From assembly GCA_963746745.1 (NCBI GenBank), contig CAVVCL010000005.1, forward strand, positions 28,733 through 92,732: 64,000 nucleotides of DNA. Reading direction: 5' to 3'. Within the stretch, counting starts at the first letter, position 1. Each line of letters begins with the position of its first letter. Origin of the DNA: an uncultured Chloroflexia bacterium (GTDB lineage Bacteria > Chloroflexota > Anaerolineae > Anaerolineales > Villigracilaceae). This document shows, one piece after another, positions 33,547 through 42,624 of the stretch. The notes under the pieces were generated by a model. The model was not told where the DNA came from. It ran no database searches and was given only the letters and a program-made list of their open reading frames with translations. The position numbers were made by a program, and so were the translations under genes.

Positions 33547-35640
33547 TCAGTCGGCGGCGCTTGTCTCACTGCCCGGCGCATGCTCCGCCCGCCGAACGGT
33601 CCGGCGAACGGTCTCCGGGTCGCGGTCCGGCCAAGCGGCCACCAGGATGCCGAACAGAAACACGAAGGCGCCGATCCACATCCAATTGATCAAGGGATTG
33701 ACGAAGATCTTGAAAGTTGCGCCGTTGGCGGTCGCCGGCTGCCAATCCACCAGGATCACATACAGGTCATCCTTCAATGTGGAACGATCTCCCGGAATGG
33801 TCATGTTCTGCTGCGAATCGGGATAGTAATCGATGCGGGGGTGCAGCTCGCCGAGGTAGTTGCCGCCTGTATCGTAGACCCCAACCACGGCACGCGTCAC
33901 CTGCCGGCCGTCCGGCCCATTGAACTGTGCGATCGAATCGTATTTGACGCTGTAATCGCCCAGCCTGAGGGAACCGTCCACCGGAAGAGTGCCCTGGGTC
34001 TGAATCTGAAAGAACCCAATGCCCAAGATGCCGATGGCCATGAGCATCATGCTGATGTGGATGATGTAGCCGCCGTAGCGGCGACGATTTCGGCCTACCA
34101 GGGTCCAGAGCGCCACGGCGAAGTTCTCGTGCTGTGCCCGGCGGCGCGCCTGCGTGGCGCGCCAGAACTCCTGAAGCGTGACCAGCAGGACGAAGGTGAT
34201 CAGAAAGAAGCCAACCAGGGCAAGGCCGTTGCGCGTGTAGGTGGCATAGATGCCGGCCGTGACCAGCACAGCGATCAGCGCCGGCTTCCAGAGTGCCCGA
34301 CCCAGCGTCCGGATGGTGGAATGTCCCCAGGCAGAGAGCGGCGCAATGCCCATCAGAAGCATGAGGGTTGCAAAGAGGGGCGCCGTGGCTCGATTGTAGA
34401 AAGGCGGCCCGACGGTGACTTTCTGCCCGGTGATCAGTTCAGAGATCAAGGGGAAGATCACGCCCCAGAAGCAGACCACCAACACGCTCATGAAGAGCAG
34501 GTTGTTGAGCAGGAAGAGGGCTTCCCGCGAGAGAACTGACTTCATTTCGGTCTCGCTGCGCAAGGTGGGCCAGCGATAGATGACCAGGGCGATCGAAGTA
34601 ATGAAGGTCACTCCGATGAATGCGAAGAAGGCGGGCCCGATGGCGCTCTGCGCAAAGGCATGCACCGACGAGAGCACCCCGGAGCGCGTCAGGAATGTGC
34701 CGAAAATTACGAGCGCATACGTGAGAATCACGAGAATCATGTTCCAGTGCTTCAGCAGGCCGCGCTTCTCCTGAATCATCACCGAGTGCAGAAAAGCCGT
34801 GCCGGTCAACCATGGCATGAGGGCCGCGATCTCAACAGGGTCCCAGCCCCAGAAGCCTCCCCAACCGAGCACGTCATACGCCCAGCGGCTGCCGAGCACC
34901 AAGCCAAAGGAGAGGAAGAGCCAGGCCCAGAGCGTCCAACGGCGTGTCAGCCGGATCCATCGATCATCGCTTCGGCCGGTTATGAGGGCAGCCATCGCAA
35001 AAGCGTACGGTATGACGAACGAGACAAAGCCCAGGTACAGCATTGGCGGGTGGATGATCATGCCCGGATGCCGCAGCAGCGGATTCAATCCGTTCCCGTC
35101 CGAAGGGAAGAATGCCATGGCACCTGCTGGAGCGAACATGCTGGTGAGCACCTGCCCGTCCACCGTCTGCCAGTAGCGGGCAAAGGGATTCTCGTAGAAG
35201 ACGACGAGGCCGAGGAAGAAGGCCGTCGTGATGGCAGTGACAACGATCACCCAAGGGAGGAACTCCCGATCGCGGCTCCACTTCCGGAGGGTCACCAGGG
35301 AGGCGAAGGCCGACATCAGCCATGACCAAAACACCAGAGAGCCGGCCTGCCCGCCCCACCAAGCCGTTACCTTGAGATAGGTCGGCATGCTGCGACTGGT
35401 GACCTGGTAAACGAAAGAGACCTCAAAATGGTTTGTGACCAGCAAGTAGATCAAGCAGGCCGCGGCCAGAGTGATCAGAGGCCAGAGCAAGAGCATGGCG
35501 CGCCGGGCTGACTCGACCAGGCCGGCTGATTTGGTGCGATCTCCATAGATTGCCGCCGTCACGCTATAGAGCGCCACGAAGAAAGCTACGACTAAGATTC
35601 CATATCCAATTTCAGCGATCATGAGGGTCTCCTGCGCCAA
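33547..35640 (-). CDS. ccmF: Cytochrome c haem lyase subunit CcmF
   Basis: ORF 33547..35640, 697 aa polytopic. WWD-type region WGGFWGWDPVE and the conserved His-containing helices typical of CcmF/NrfE. Confidence 0.92.
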   Translation of the reverse strand: MAQETLMIAEIGYGILVVAFFVALYSVTAAIYGDRTKSAGLVESARRAMLLLWPLITLAAACLIYLLVTNHFEVSFVYQVTSRSMPTYLKVTAWWGGQAGSLVFWSWLMSAFASLVTLRKWSRDREFLPWVIVVTAITTAFFLGLVVFYENPFARYWQTVDGQVLTSMFAPAGAMAFFPSDGNGLNPLLRHPGMIIHPPMLYLGFVSFVIPYAFAMAALITGRSDDRWIRLTRRWTLWAWLFLSFGLVLGSRWAYDVLGWGGFWGWDPVEIAALMPWLTGTAFLHSVMIQEKRGLLKHWNMILVILTYALVIFGTFLTRSGVLSSVHAFAQSAIGPAFFAFIGVTFITSIALVIYRWPTLRSETEMKSVLSREALFLLNNLLFMSVLVVCFWGVIFPLISELITGQKVTVGPPFYNRATAPLFATLMLLMGIAPLSAWGHSTIRTLGRALWKPALIAVLVTAGIYATYTRNGLALVGFFLITFVLLVTLQEFWRATQARRRAQHENFAVALWTLVGRNRRRYGGYIIHISMMLMAIGILGIGFFQIQTQGTLPVDGSLRLGDYSVKYDSIAQFNGPDGRQVTRAVVGVYDTGGNYLGELHPRIDYYPDSQQNMTIPGDRSTLKDDLYVILVDWQPATANGATFKIFVNPLINWMWIGAFVFLFGILVAAWPDRDPETVRRTVRRAEHAPGSETSAAD

Positions 35641-35792
35641 GCTGTCATCAGGCGATGACGGCGGGGGCCGCGAGCCAAGCTTTCTCTACACTAAGACACA
35701 AACAACGGTCAGGCTTAATGATCATTGCGGTCGGGACGCCTTCTGGACTGCCCGTTGCCGCAGTCCGATCCGGCGATGGCCGGCGCGAGGAT

Positions 35793-35824
35793 GAGAAAAC
35801 CTGACGATACAAAGCGCCGTCAGG
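35793..35824 (-). terminator. Rho-independent terminator after ccmE
   Basis: Reverse strand reads CCTGACG-GCGCTTTGTAT-CGTCAGG followed by TTTTCTC. It lies in the 263-nt gap between ccmE and ccmF. Confidence 0.6.
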
Positions 35825-35903
35825 TCCGGTGTATCCAATGGCTTGATGGACTAAAACCGCAGAGCAACTTCAGCTCTCCAAGCTGCCGCCTTGCCCCACT
35901 CCA

Positions 35904-36389
35904 CTAGGAAGATCCGGCGGCCTGGCTGGGCACCGCCTCTTGATACTTGGTGGGGCATTTGAGCAGCAGTTCGTCAGCATGGAAGCTACCGTCTGCAAGC
36001 ACCTGGCCGGTCATAATGGCCTGGGCCTCGTCCTTTAGCAGATCGGGTTTCGGTCCCGAGTACACGACCTTCATCCGGTTGCGATTGGGGTCGATGACCG
36101 CGGCGTGCAGCACGGCCGCGAGGCCGCCTTCTGCCTCCACTTGCTGGTTATCGCCCGGCACGTGAGCGACCTCGAAAGTCAGGGTCAGCGACTGAGGATC
36201 ATATTGAATGGTATCTCCGACGACGGCGCCCGAGACCCGCAGATTTTTCCCGACAACACTCTGGCCTTGGGCCTTGAGTTCATCGATGGTCATGAAGTAC
36301 TCTGCATTGGCCTGCGTGGCGGAGACAATCAAGTAGACCACGGCTGCCAGGATCACAACCCCACCGATGATAAATTTGGAACGTCCCAT
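35904..36389 (-). CDS. ccmE: Haem chaperone CcmE, CxxxY variant
   Basis: ORF 35904..36389. N-terminal TM anchor and OB-fold region (NLRVSGAVVGDTI...). The haem-binding position reads LLKCPTKYQE, where canonical CcmE has LAKHDENY. Confidence 0.85.
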   Translation of the reverse strand: MGRSKFIIGGVVILAAVVYLIVSATQANAEYFMTIDELKAQGQSVVGKNLRVSGAVVGDTIQYDPQSLTLTFEVAHVPGDNQQVEAEGGLAAVLHAAVIDPNRNRMKVVYSGPKPDLLKDEAQAIMTGQVLADGSFHADELLLKCPTKYQEAVPSQAAGSS

Positions 36390-36539
36390 CCACTGCCTCC
36401 AGTACCGGTCGAGACCTCTTTGCTAGATTTTCCTAGTTTATGATTAGAGCAGGCTGAGAAGCCTGCGAACGAATGTCATGAGACCGGCCTGAATTTGGTC
36501 TCCGCGTGATCCCGCGACGAAGCAGATTGGCCGACGCCC

Positions 36540-37229
36540 CTATTCCAGCGATATCAGCCCCGTACGGAGGGCGAATTTTACCAGTTCGGTGCGCGAGTGC
36601 ATGTTGAGCCGGCTCATGATGCGTTCCCGGTGGCGGGCAATCGTCTTGGGGCTCAAGCCGAGCTGGCTTCCGATCTCCACGTTGCTCTCCCCGCGCGCCA
36701 CTAGTTCGAGCACCTGGCGCTCCCGCGGACTGAGTACCTCCAGTCCTTCGGGCTGCGCAGGCCGGGCCTGCGGCAGTGCCTCGCGCGCAGTGGAAGCCTC
36801 TGCCAGGCGTTGGTAGTCCTCGATCAGCCAGCGGGCGAGAGCGGGCTGAAGGTAGACGTGGCCTTCGGCAACGGCATGGATGGCCGCGACCAGTTCGTCT
36901 GCGGCCGCCTGCTTGGTCAGGTAGCCCGAGGCGCCCGCCGCAAGCATCTGCATGAAGTACTGCTTGTCATCGTGTATGGTCAGCGCCAGCACCTGTGCTT
37001 CGGGGCAGGCCTTCTTCAGTTGACGCGTGGCCTCCAGTCCGTCGACTCCCGGCATGCCGATATCCATAAGAACGATGGCTGGTCTGGTCTCGACAGCCCG
37101 TTCGACAGCTTCGATCCCATTGCGAGCTTCGGCGACCACAAGGAACTCGCCCTGAGACTCAAGAAAGGACCTCAGACCCGTGCGGACGATGTCGTGGTCG
37201 TCCACCAGCAGTAACCGGATCGGTTCCAT
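36540..37229 (-). CDS. NarL/LuxR-family response regulator (REC plus HTH), no adjacent kinase
   Basis: ORF 36540..37229. LLVDDHDIVR, phospho-acceptor region VLMDIGMPG, and the LuxR HTH LSPRERQVLELVARGESNVEIGSQLGLSPKTIARHRERI. Confidence 0.9.
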   Translation of the reverse strand: MEPIRLLLVDDHDIVRTGLRSFLESQGEFLVVAEARNGIEAVERAVETRPAIVLMDIGMPGVDGLEATRQLKKACPEAQVLALTIHDDKQYFMQMLAAGASGYLTKQAAADELVAAIHAVAEGHVYLQPALARWLIEDYQRLAEASTAREALPQARPAQPEGLEVLSPRERQVLELVARGESNVEIGSQLGLSPKTIARHRERIMSRLNMHSRTELVKFALRTGLISLE

Positions 37230-37577
37230 CTATGAGTAGCCCCTGAGGTAAGTACTTGGAAGATCCATCAAGTCTGGCCTCTGACGTCCGCGAAGGCATC
37301 CCGACTACCCTGGGCCTTGGGGGCGGCGCTGGGAGCCAAGCTTGGGCGAGCGCGGGACAAGATCGATTCGCCGTCTGCCAGCGAACTTGATCGCTGGCGT
37401 CGGCTGTTCACCTGCAAAAACAGGTCGCCTTCCAAGAAATCACCGGTGTCAATCGCAAGATCGAGGCGCCCAGCACGAAAACGCCGCAAGCGGCGGGCAT
37501 TTTCGACGGGATGGTGTCTCTTGGGTATTCTATCCCAAGGAGTTGCCCAGGCAACATGACAAGTATCACTATGCGGA

Positions 37578-37670
37578 GTGACAAGTGTCTAAGGGTGGAT
37601 TGCGCGGGCCACGCTTCGTGGCAAAATGGTGTAACTGGAGCCCCGTAACGCGCAATTCGTGACAAATGTC
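37578..37670. promoter_or_regulatory. Two copies of GTGACAA(G/A)TGTC (GACA-N2-TGTC palindromes), 81 nt apart, upstream of the decahaem cytochrome gene
   Basis: GTGACAAGTGTC at 37578-37589 and GTGACAAATGTC at 37659-37670, in the 605-nt spacer between the response regulator and ATG 37835. Confidence 0.35.
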
Positions 37671-37834
37671 ATGTGGTATTCACCCCATTCTCAGTCTTGT
37701 TTCATGTTACACTCACGTCCGGAATTTTGGAAAAATGCCGCCTTGGCGGCGAGGATTTGGCGAGACTGCCTTAGAAATACCTAATGTGGTGCGACATCAT
37801 GATCACCTCTACTCCCTGAAAGGAGAATGCACCC

Positions 37835-40054
37835 ATGTCGTTGAGGAAAATGCTTGTTCTTATTGGCGCATTGCTGCTAGGCGCCGTGATATTGGCGGCC
37901 TGCGGGGGAGGGCAAAGCACGTCAGCTCCCGCTGCGCCGGCGACGACGGCCGCGCCAGCCGCGCCCACATTGAACGTTCCGTTCAAGGACGAATTCCTGG
38001 CGTCCGGGCATGCCAACGCGACAGACGTACCCTTCACGCACTGGGATACGGCCAATCCCGCGGAGGTGCCGCCTGCCTGTGCGAGATGCCATACTTCGGC
38101 CGGCTACCAGGAGTTCGTGGCAACGGGCAAAGTCGCGGCCGCGATCAAGGCGCCTGCCGGCGCGTTCAATTGCGATACGTGCCACAACCCGGCCGCCATG
38201 GCGTTGACCTCGGTCACCTTCCCCTCGGGCAAGGTCGTTGAGACCTCCGAGGAAGGCGAAGCGCGCTGCATGACCTGCCATCAGGGTCGCGAGTCCAAGG
38301 TCAGCGTCGACAAGCAGATCAGCGACTTCAACGTTACAGACGTCGATGCCGTCGTGGCTCCGATGAAGGATGCAAGCGGCAATAACGTCGTCTTTGGTTT
38401 CCGCAACGTCCATTACTTCGCGGCAGGCGCCACGCTTTACGGTTCGCAGGCCGAAATGGGCTACGAGTACGATGGCAAGACATATGATCCGAAGTTCCGC
38501 CATGTGCCCGAGTTCGACACCTGCATTGCGTGCCATGACCAGCACGGCACCACGGTGCGCGTGGACAAGTGCGCCGAGTGCCACCAGGGCGTAAAGACCG
38601 TTGATGACCTGAAGAACAATCGCGAGAACGGCTCGTTGGTCGATTACAACGGCAACGGCGACACCAAAGAGGGCATCTACTACGAACTGAAGGGCCTGCA
38701 GGACACACTGCTTGGCTCCATCCAGATGTATGCCAAGGAAGTGGCGGGCACCGGTCTCGTCTACGATGCAACCACGTATCCGTACTGGTTCGCGGATGCC
38801 GATGGCGACGGCAATGCAGATCAGAAGGATGGCAGCCCGGTAGCTTACACGACCTGGACCGCACGCATGCTGAAGGCGGCTTACAACTACGGCGTGGTGG
38901 CTGGGGATCCCGGCGCGTTCGCGCACAATGCCAAGTACGACATCGAATTGATGTATGACTCGATCTCTGACCTCAACACCAAGCTTTCGACGCCCGTCGA
39001 CATGTCGAAGATGGCGCGCGATGATGCGGGTCACTTTGCCGGCGATACCGAGCCGTTCCGACATTGGGACAGCACGGGTGAGGTTCCGGCGGCATGCGCG
39101 AAGTGCCACAGCGCGACCGGCCTGCCGGAATTCATCCATAACGCGGGCACCGAAGTTGTGACCAAGTCCGGCGTACAGATCACCGGTGTGGTTGGTCAGC
39201 CGCCGGCGAATGGCTTCATGTGCTCGACCTGCCACGACGAGGCCAACTGGCCGAACCGCTACGCGGTGACGAGTGTGGCGTTCCCGTCGGGCGTGTCCTT
39301 GACCTTCAGCACCGAGAAGGATGCGGACGGCAATCTTGTGCCGGTCGACTCCAACCTGTGCATCGAATGCCACCAGGGCCGCGAATCCACTCTAACCGTC
39401 AACAACTACCTGGCTGGCAAGCCGGACGACACGATCGACGCGAAGATCAGCTTCAAGAACGTCCATTACTTCGCCGCTGGCGCGACACTCTTCGGCGATG
39501 CCGCCCAGGTGGCATATCAATATGAAGGGCAAACATACGCCGGGCAGAACACGGTGCACCCGCTCAATAAGTGCACCGACTGCCATGATGTTCACCAGCT
39601 GACGGTCAAGGTCGATGCCTGCAAGGGCTGCCACACCAATGTAACGGGCGTCGCGGACCTGGACAAGATCCGGGCCACGACCGACACCACGGACTGGAAT
39701 GGCAACGGCGACGTGACGGAGGGCATCTACTCCGAGATCGACGGCTTCCGACAGGCGCTATTCACCGCCATCCAGGCGTACGCCGAAAAGAACGGGACGC
39801 CCATCGTCTACGATGCGGCAACCTACCCATATTTCTTTGTGGACGCGGACAAGGACGGCAAACCCGATACCGGCGCCAATGGCCCGGTGGGCTACAACGC
39901 CTGGACCCCACGTCTGATGAAGGCGGCCTATAACTACCAGTATTCGATCAAGGACCCAGGCGCCTTTGCTCACAACCCACAGTACGTGATGCAGTTCCTG
40001 TACGACTCGACGAAGGATCTGGGAGGCGACGTCTCGAAGTTCACGAGACCATAG
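37835..40054 (+). CDS. Decahaem c-type cytochrome lipoprotein (internal 5+5 haem duplication)
   Basis: ORF 37835..40054. SD GGAGAA precedes the start. Lipobox VILAAC. Ten CxxCH motifs: CARCH, CDTCH, CMTCH, CIACH, CAECH, CAKCH, CSTCH, CIECH, CTDCH, CKGCH. Confidence 0.9.
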   Translation: MSLRKMLVLIGALLLGAVILAACGGGQSTSAPAAPATTAAPAAPTLNVPFKDEFLASGHANATDVPFTHWDTANPAEVPPACARCHTSAGYQEFVATGKVAAAIKAPAGAFNCDTCHNPAAMALTSVTFPSGKVVETSEEGEARCMTCHQGRESKVSVDKQISDFNVTDVDAVVAPMKDASGNNVVFGFRNVHYFAAGATLYGSQAEMGYEYDGKTYDPKFRHVPEFDTCIACHDQHGTTVRVDKCAECHQGVKTVDDLKNNRENGSLVDYNGNGDTKEGIYYELKGLQDTLLGSIQMYAKEVAGTGLVYDATTYPYWFADADGDGNADQKDGSPVAYTTWTARMLKAAYNYGVVAGDPGAFAHNAKYDIELMYDSISDLNTKLSTPVDMSKMARDDAGHFAGDTEPFRHWDSTGEVPAACAKCHSATGLPEFIHNAGTEVVTKSGVQITGVVGQPPANGFMCSTCHDEANWPNRYAVTSVAFPSGVSLTFSTEKDADGNLVPVDSNLCIECHQGRESTLTVNNYLAGKPDDTIDAKISFKNVHYFAAGATLFGDAAQVAYQYEGQTYAGQNTVHPLNKCTDCHDVHQLTVKVDACKGCHTNVTGVADLDKIRATTDTTDWNGNGDVTEGIYSEIDGFRQALFTAIQAYAEKNGTPIVYDAATYPYFFVDADKDGKPDTGANGPVGYNAWTPRLMKAAYNYQYSIKDPGAFAHNPQYVMQFLYDSTKDLGGDVSKFTRP

Positions 40055-40234
40055 TCACCGGGCTCTTGAAGATAAATGATGATGGCGGGCGCAATCGCGC
40101 CCGCCATCGCGTTGCCGAGAGAACCCGTCTTGAAATCGGACAACTCCGTATGTTTTCCTATATAATTGGCGGACCGGTCTTACGCGTGTAGAAGCACCGG
40201 TCGCCAACCAGGTCGCAAGAGACAGGAGCGCGCG

Positions 40235-41398
40235 ATGACTTTGTCGAAGGCCATACGATCTCGGCTCGGGCTGTTGGCCTTGGGCATGGGTCTCGTAGTG
40301 CTTTTGGCAATCGCACTTGCGATGCCAGCCGCGGCGGCCAGACCGGCCGCTTCCCCGGGGCAGGACAAACCCTCGAATGATTTCTGCCTGGGTTGTCACA
40401 GCCAGCAAGGGCTGAGCAAGACGCTGGGCAACAGCGAAGTACTCTCCCTGACAATCGCCCCGGAGGCTTTCAAGCATAGCGCTCACAACGATGCGAACAT
40501 CCAGTGCGTGGATTGCCACACGGACATCACGAGCTTCCCCCATCCGGCGTTCCAGGCGGAATCGCGTCGAGCAGTCACGCTTCGACTGTACCAGTCGTGC
40601 AAGAACTGCCACGCTGAACAGTACAGCCTGACGCTGGACAGCGTACACCAGCAAGCGCTGGCAGCCGGGGACTTCAATGCAGCCGTCTGCACGGACTGCC
40701 ATAATCCACATGTTCAGCAGCCGCTCACGGACCCGAAAACCGGTGCTCTGCTGCCTGATGCACGGCTCCAAATACCGGAGACCTGTGCTCGTTGCCACAG
40801 CGCCATCTACGACGTGTACAAAGGAAGCGTTCACGGCGCTGCCTTGACCAATGCAGGCAACCTGGATGTGCCGACATGCATTGACTGCCATGGGGTGCAC
40901 AATATCCAGAGTCCGACCACGGCGCGCTTCCGCAACGATGTGCCGCAGCTGTGCGCCAAGTGCCATACGAATGCGACGCTCATGGCGCGGTACGGCATCT
41001 CGACGAACGTCCTCAATACGTATGTGGCCGACTTCCACGGGACGACGGTCACACTGTTTGAGCAGGTGTCGCCTGATACCCCGACCAACAAGCCCGTATG
41101 CACCGACTGCCACGGCGTGCATGATATTTCGAACGTCGACAATCCAACTACCGGCATCGCCATCAAGCAGAATCTTCTGGTCAAGTGTCAGCGCTGCCAC
41201 CCGGGTGCGACCACGGCGAATTTCACCGATGCGTGGATGAGCCACTATGTGGCCAGCCCACAACACTTCCCGCTGGTCTACTACGTTGGGCTGTTCTACA
41301 AGATCTTCGTTCCGGCCGTGATCGGCGGGATGCTGATATTCGTCGTCAGTGATTTTGTCAGACGACGAATCGACAGCCGGAAAGGAGTGCAGCGCTAA
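40235..41398 (+). CDS. Nonahaem c-type cytochrome with signal peptide and C-terminal TM anchor
   Basis: ORF 40166..41398; start set at ATG 40235 (MTLSKAIRSRLGLLALGMGLVVLLAIALA). Nine CxxCH motifs: CLGCH, CVDCH, CKNCH, CTDCH, CARCH, CIDCH, CAKCH, CTDCH, CQRCH. C-terminal helix FVPAVIGGMLIFVVSDF. Confidence 0.9.
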   Translation: MTLSKAIRSRLGLLALGMGLVVLLAIALAMPAAAARPAASPGQDKPSNDFCLGCHSQQGLSKTLGNSEVLSLTIAPEAFKHSAHNDANIQCVDCHTDITSFPHPAFQAESRRAVTLRLYQSCKNCHAEQYSLTLDSVHQQALAAGDFNAAVCTDCHNPHVQQPLTDPKTGALLPDARLQIPETCARCHSAIYDVYKGSVHGAALTNAGNLDVPTCIDCHGVHNIQSPTTARFRNDVPQLCAKCHTNATLMARYGISTNVLNTYVADFHGTTVTLFEQVSPDTPTNKPVCTDCHGVHDISNVDNPTTGIAIKQNLLVKCQRCHPGATTANFTDAWMSHYVASPQHFPLVYYVGLFYKIFVPAVIGGMLIFVVSDFVRRRIDSRKGVQR

Positions 41399-42612
41399 TG
41401 GCAAGGAAGACCGCCGCCCCGGCCCCGGTTCGTCGATACGTGCGCTTTTCAGTGGTGGACCGCGTCGAGCACCTGCTGGTGCTGCTGTCCTTCACAACGC
41501 TGGCCATCACCGGCTTGGTGCAGAAGTTTGCGTTGAATGCAGTTTCAGTATTTGTCATTACAGTGTGGGGAGGGGTGGAGGCGGTGCGCGCCACCCATCA
41601 CGTCGCCGCCACAGTGCTGATGCTGGTGGTGATTGTCCACTTGGTTGAGGTTGGCTACAAGGCGTACGTCTTGCGGACGCCGTTTGCCATGCTCCCGGGT
41701 CTTCAAGATGTGAAAGACGCGTGGATGGCCTTCCGTTACAACATCGGCCTTGGCAAGTCGCGGCCGCAGATGGGGCGTTACAGTTTCGAGGAGAAGGCCG
41801 AGTACTGGGCGCTGGTGTGGGGCATCCTCATTATGGCGTTTACCGGGTTCATGATGTGGAATCCACTCGCCACGGTGAAGCTCTTTCCGGGAGACTTCAT
41901 TCCGGCGGCAAAGACGGCGCACGGGGCAGAAGCCATTCTTGCCGTGCTGGCCATCATCGTGTGGCACCTGTACGGCGTCCAGCTGAAACGCTTCAACAAG
42001 TCCATCTGGACGGGTCAATTGACCGAAGAGGAGATGCTGCACGAGCATCCGCTGGAGCTGGCCGATATTAAGGCGGGGCTGGCTCAAGCCGCCGCCCCGG
42101 CAAAGGTGCTTAAGAGGCGGCGGCTGATTTACTACCCTGTCGCCGGCATCCTTGCTGCGGCAATGCTTTTCGGAGTGTATGGATTCATCAACGGTGAGCA
42201 GACGGCCATTACCACGGTGCCGCCCCAAGTTGCCACGGTGCCGATCTACGTTCCGCAAACACCAACGCCTCTACCGCCTACGCAGACGCCTGCGCCTTCT
42301 GCAACAGCCGGGCCCACGGCCGAGACGACGGCCGCTCCGGCCGGAGTCGTGACGTGGGCTGAGGTGGGACCCGTGTTTGCCGCCAAGTGCAGCATGTGCC
42401 ACGGTGCGACGCTGGCGACGAACGGCCTGAGCTTCGCAACGTATGCCCAGGCGCTAAAAGGTGCGCAGGACGGGGCAGTCATCTTGCCGGGCGATGCGGC
42501 GAACAGCAAGCTGATTCAAATCCAGTCACAAGGCGGGCATCCGGGCCAGTTGACGGCTGAGGAGCTGGCCCTGGTGAGCGCCTGGATCAAGGCGGGCGCG
42601 GTCGAGCACTGA
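41398..42612 (+). CDS. FdnI/HydC-like b-type cytochrome (membrane) fused to a C-terminal monohaem PSCyt1-like cytochrome c domain
   Basis: ORF 41398..42612. Its ATG overlaps the preceding TAA (TAATG), with SD AAAGGAG 10 nt upstream. RFSVVDRVEHLLVLLSFTTLAITGLVQKF and later His-containing helices fit the cytochrome b561/FdnI family. A Pro/Thr linker is followed by FAAKCSMCHG...WIKAGA. Confidence 0.8.
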   Translation: MARKTAAPAPVRRYVRFSVVDRVEHLLVLLSFTTLAITGLVQKFALNAVSVFVITVWGGVEAVRATHHVAATVLMLVVIVHLVEVGYKAYVLRTPFAMLPGLQDVKDAWMAFRYNIGLGKSRPQMGRYSFEEKAEYWALVWGILIMAFTGFMMWNPLATVKLFPGDFIPAAKTAHGAEAILAVLAIIVWHLYGVQLKRFNKSIWTGQLTEEEMLHEHPLELADIKAGLAQAAAPAKVLKRRRLIYYPVAGILAAAMLFGVYGFINGEQTAITTVPPQVATVPIYVPQTPTPLPPTQTPAPSATAGPTAETTAAPAGVVTWAEVGPVFAAKCSMCHGATLATNGLSFATYAQALKGAQDGAVILPGDAANSKLIQIQSQGGHPGQLTAEELALVSAWIKAGAVEH

Positions 42613-42624
42613 GTTTCTGCGGGG

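Noticed and set aside
37268-37489. 73-aa ORF upstream of the orphan response regulator, considered as a kinase remnant
   Set aside because: No H-box or ATPase motif. Low-complexity, Arg/Ser/Ala-rich sequence.
37922-39373. 483-aa ORF on the minus strand
   Set aside because: It lies entirely antisense to the decahaem cytochrome gene. Its composition is dominated by Arg/Gly/Ala/His, as expected for a shadow frame in GC-rich DNA, and I see no motifs. The plus-strand gene has 10 CxxCH motifs and a lipobox.
40055-41404. 449-aa ORF on the minus strand
   Set aside because: Antisense shadow of the nonahaem cytochrome gene, with Arg-rich low-information composition.
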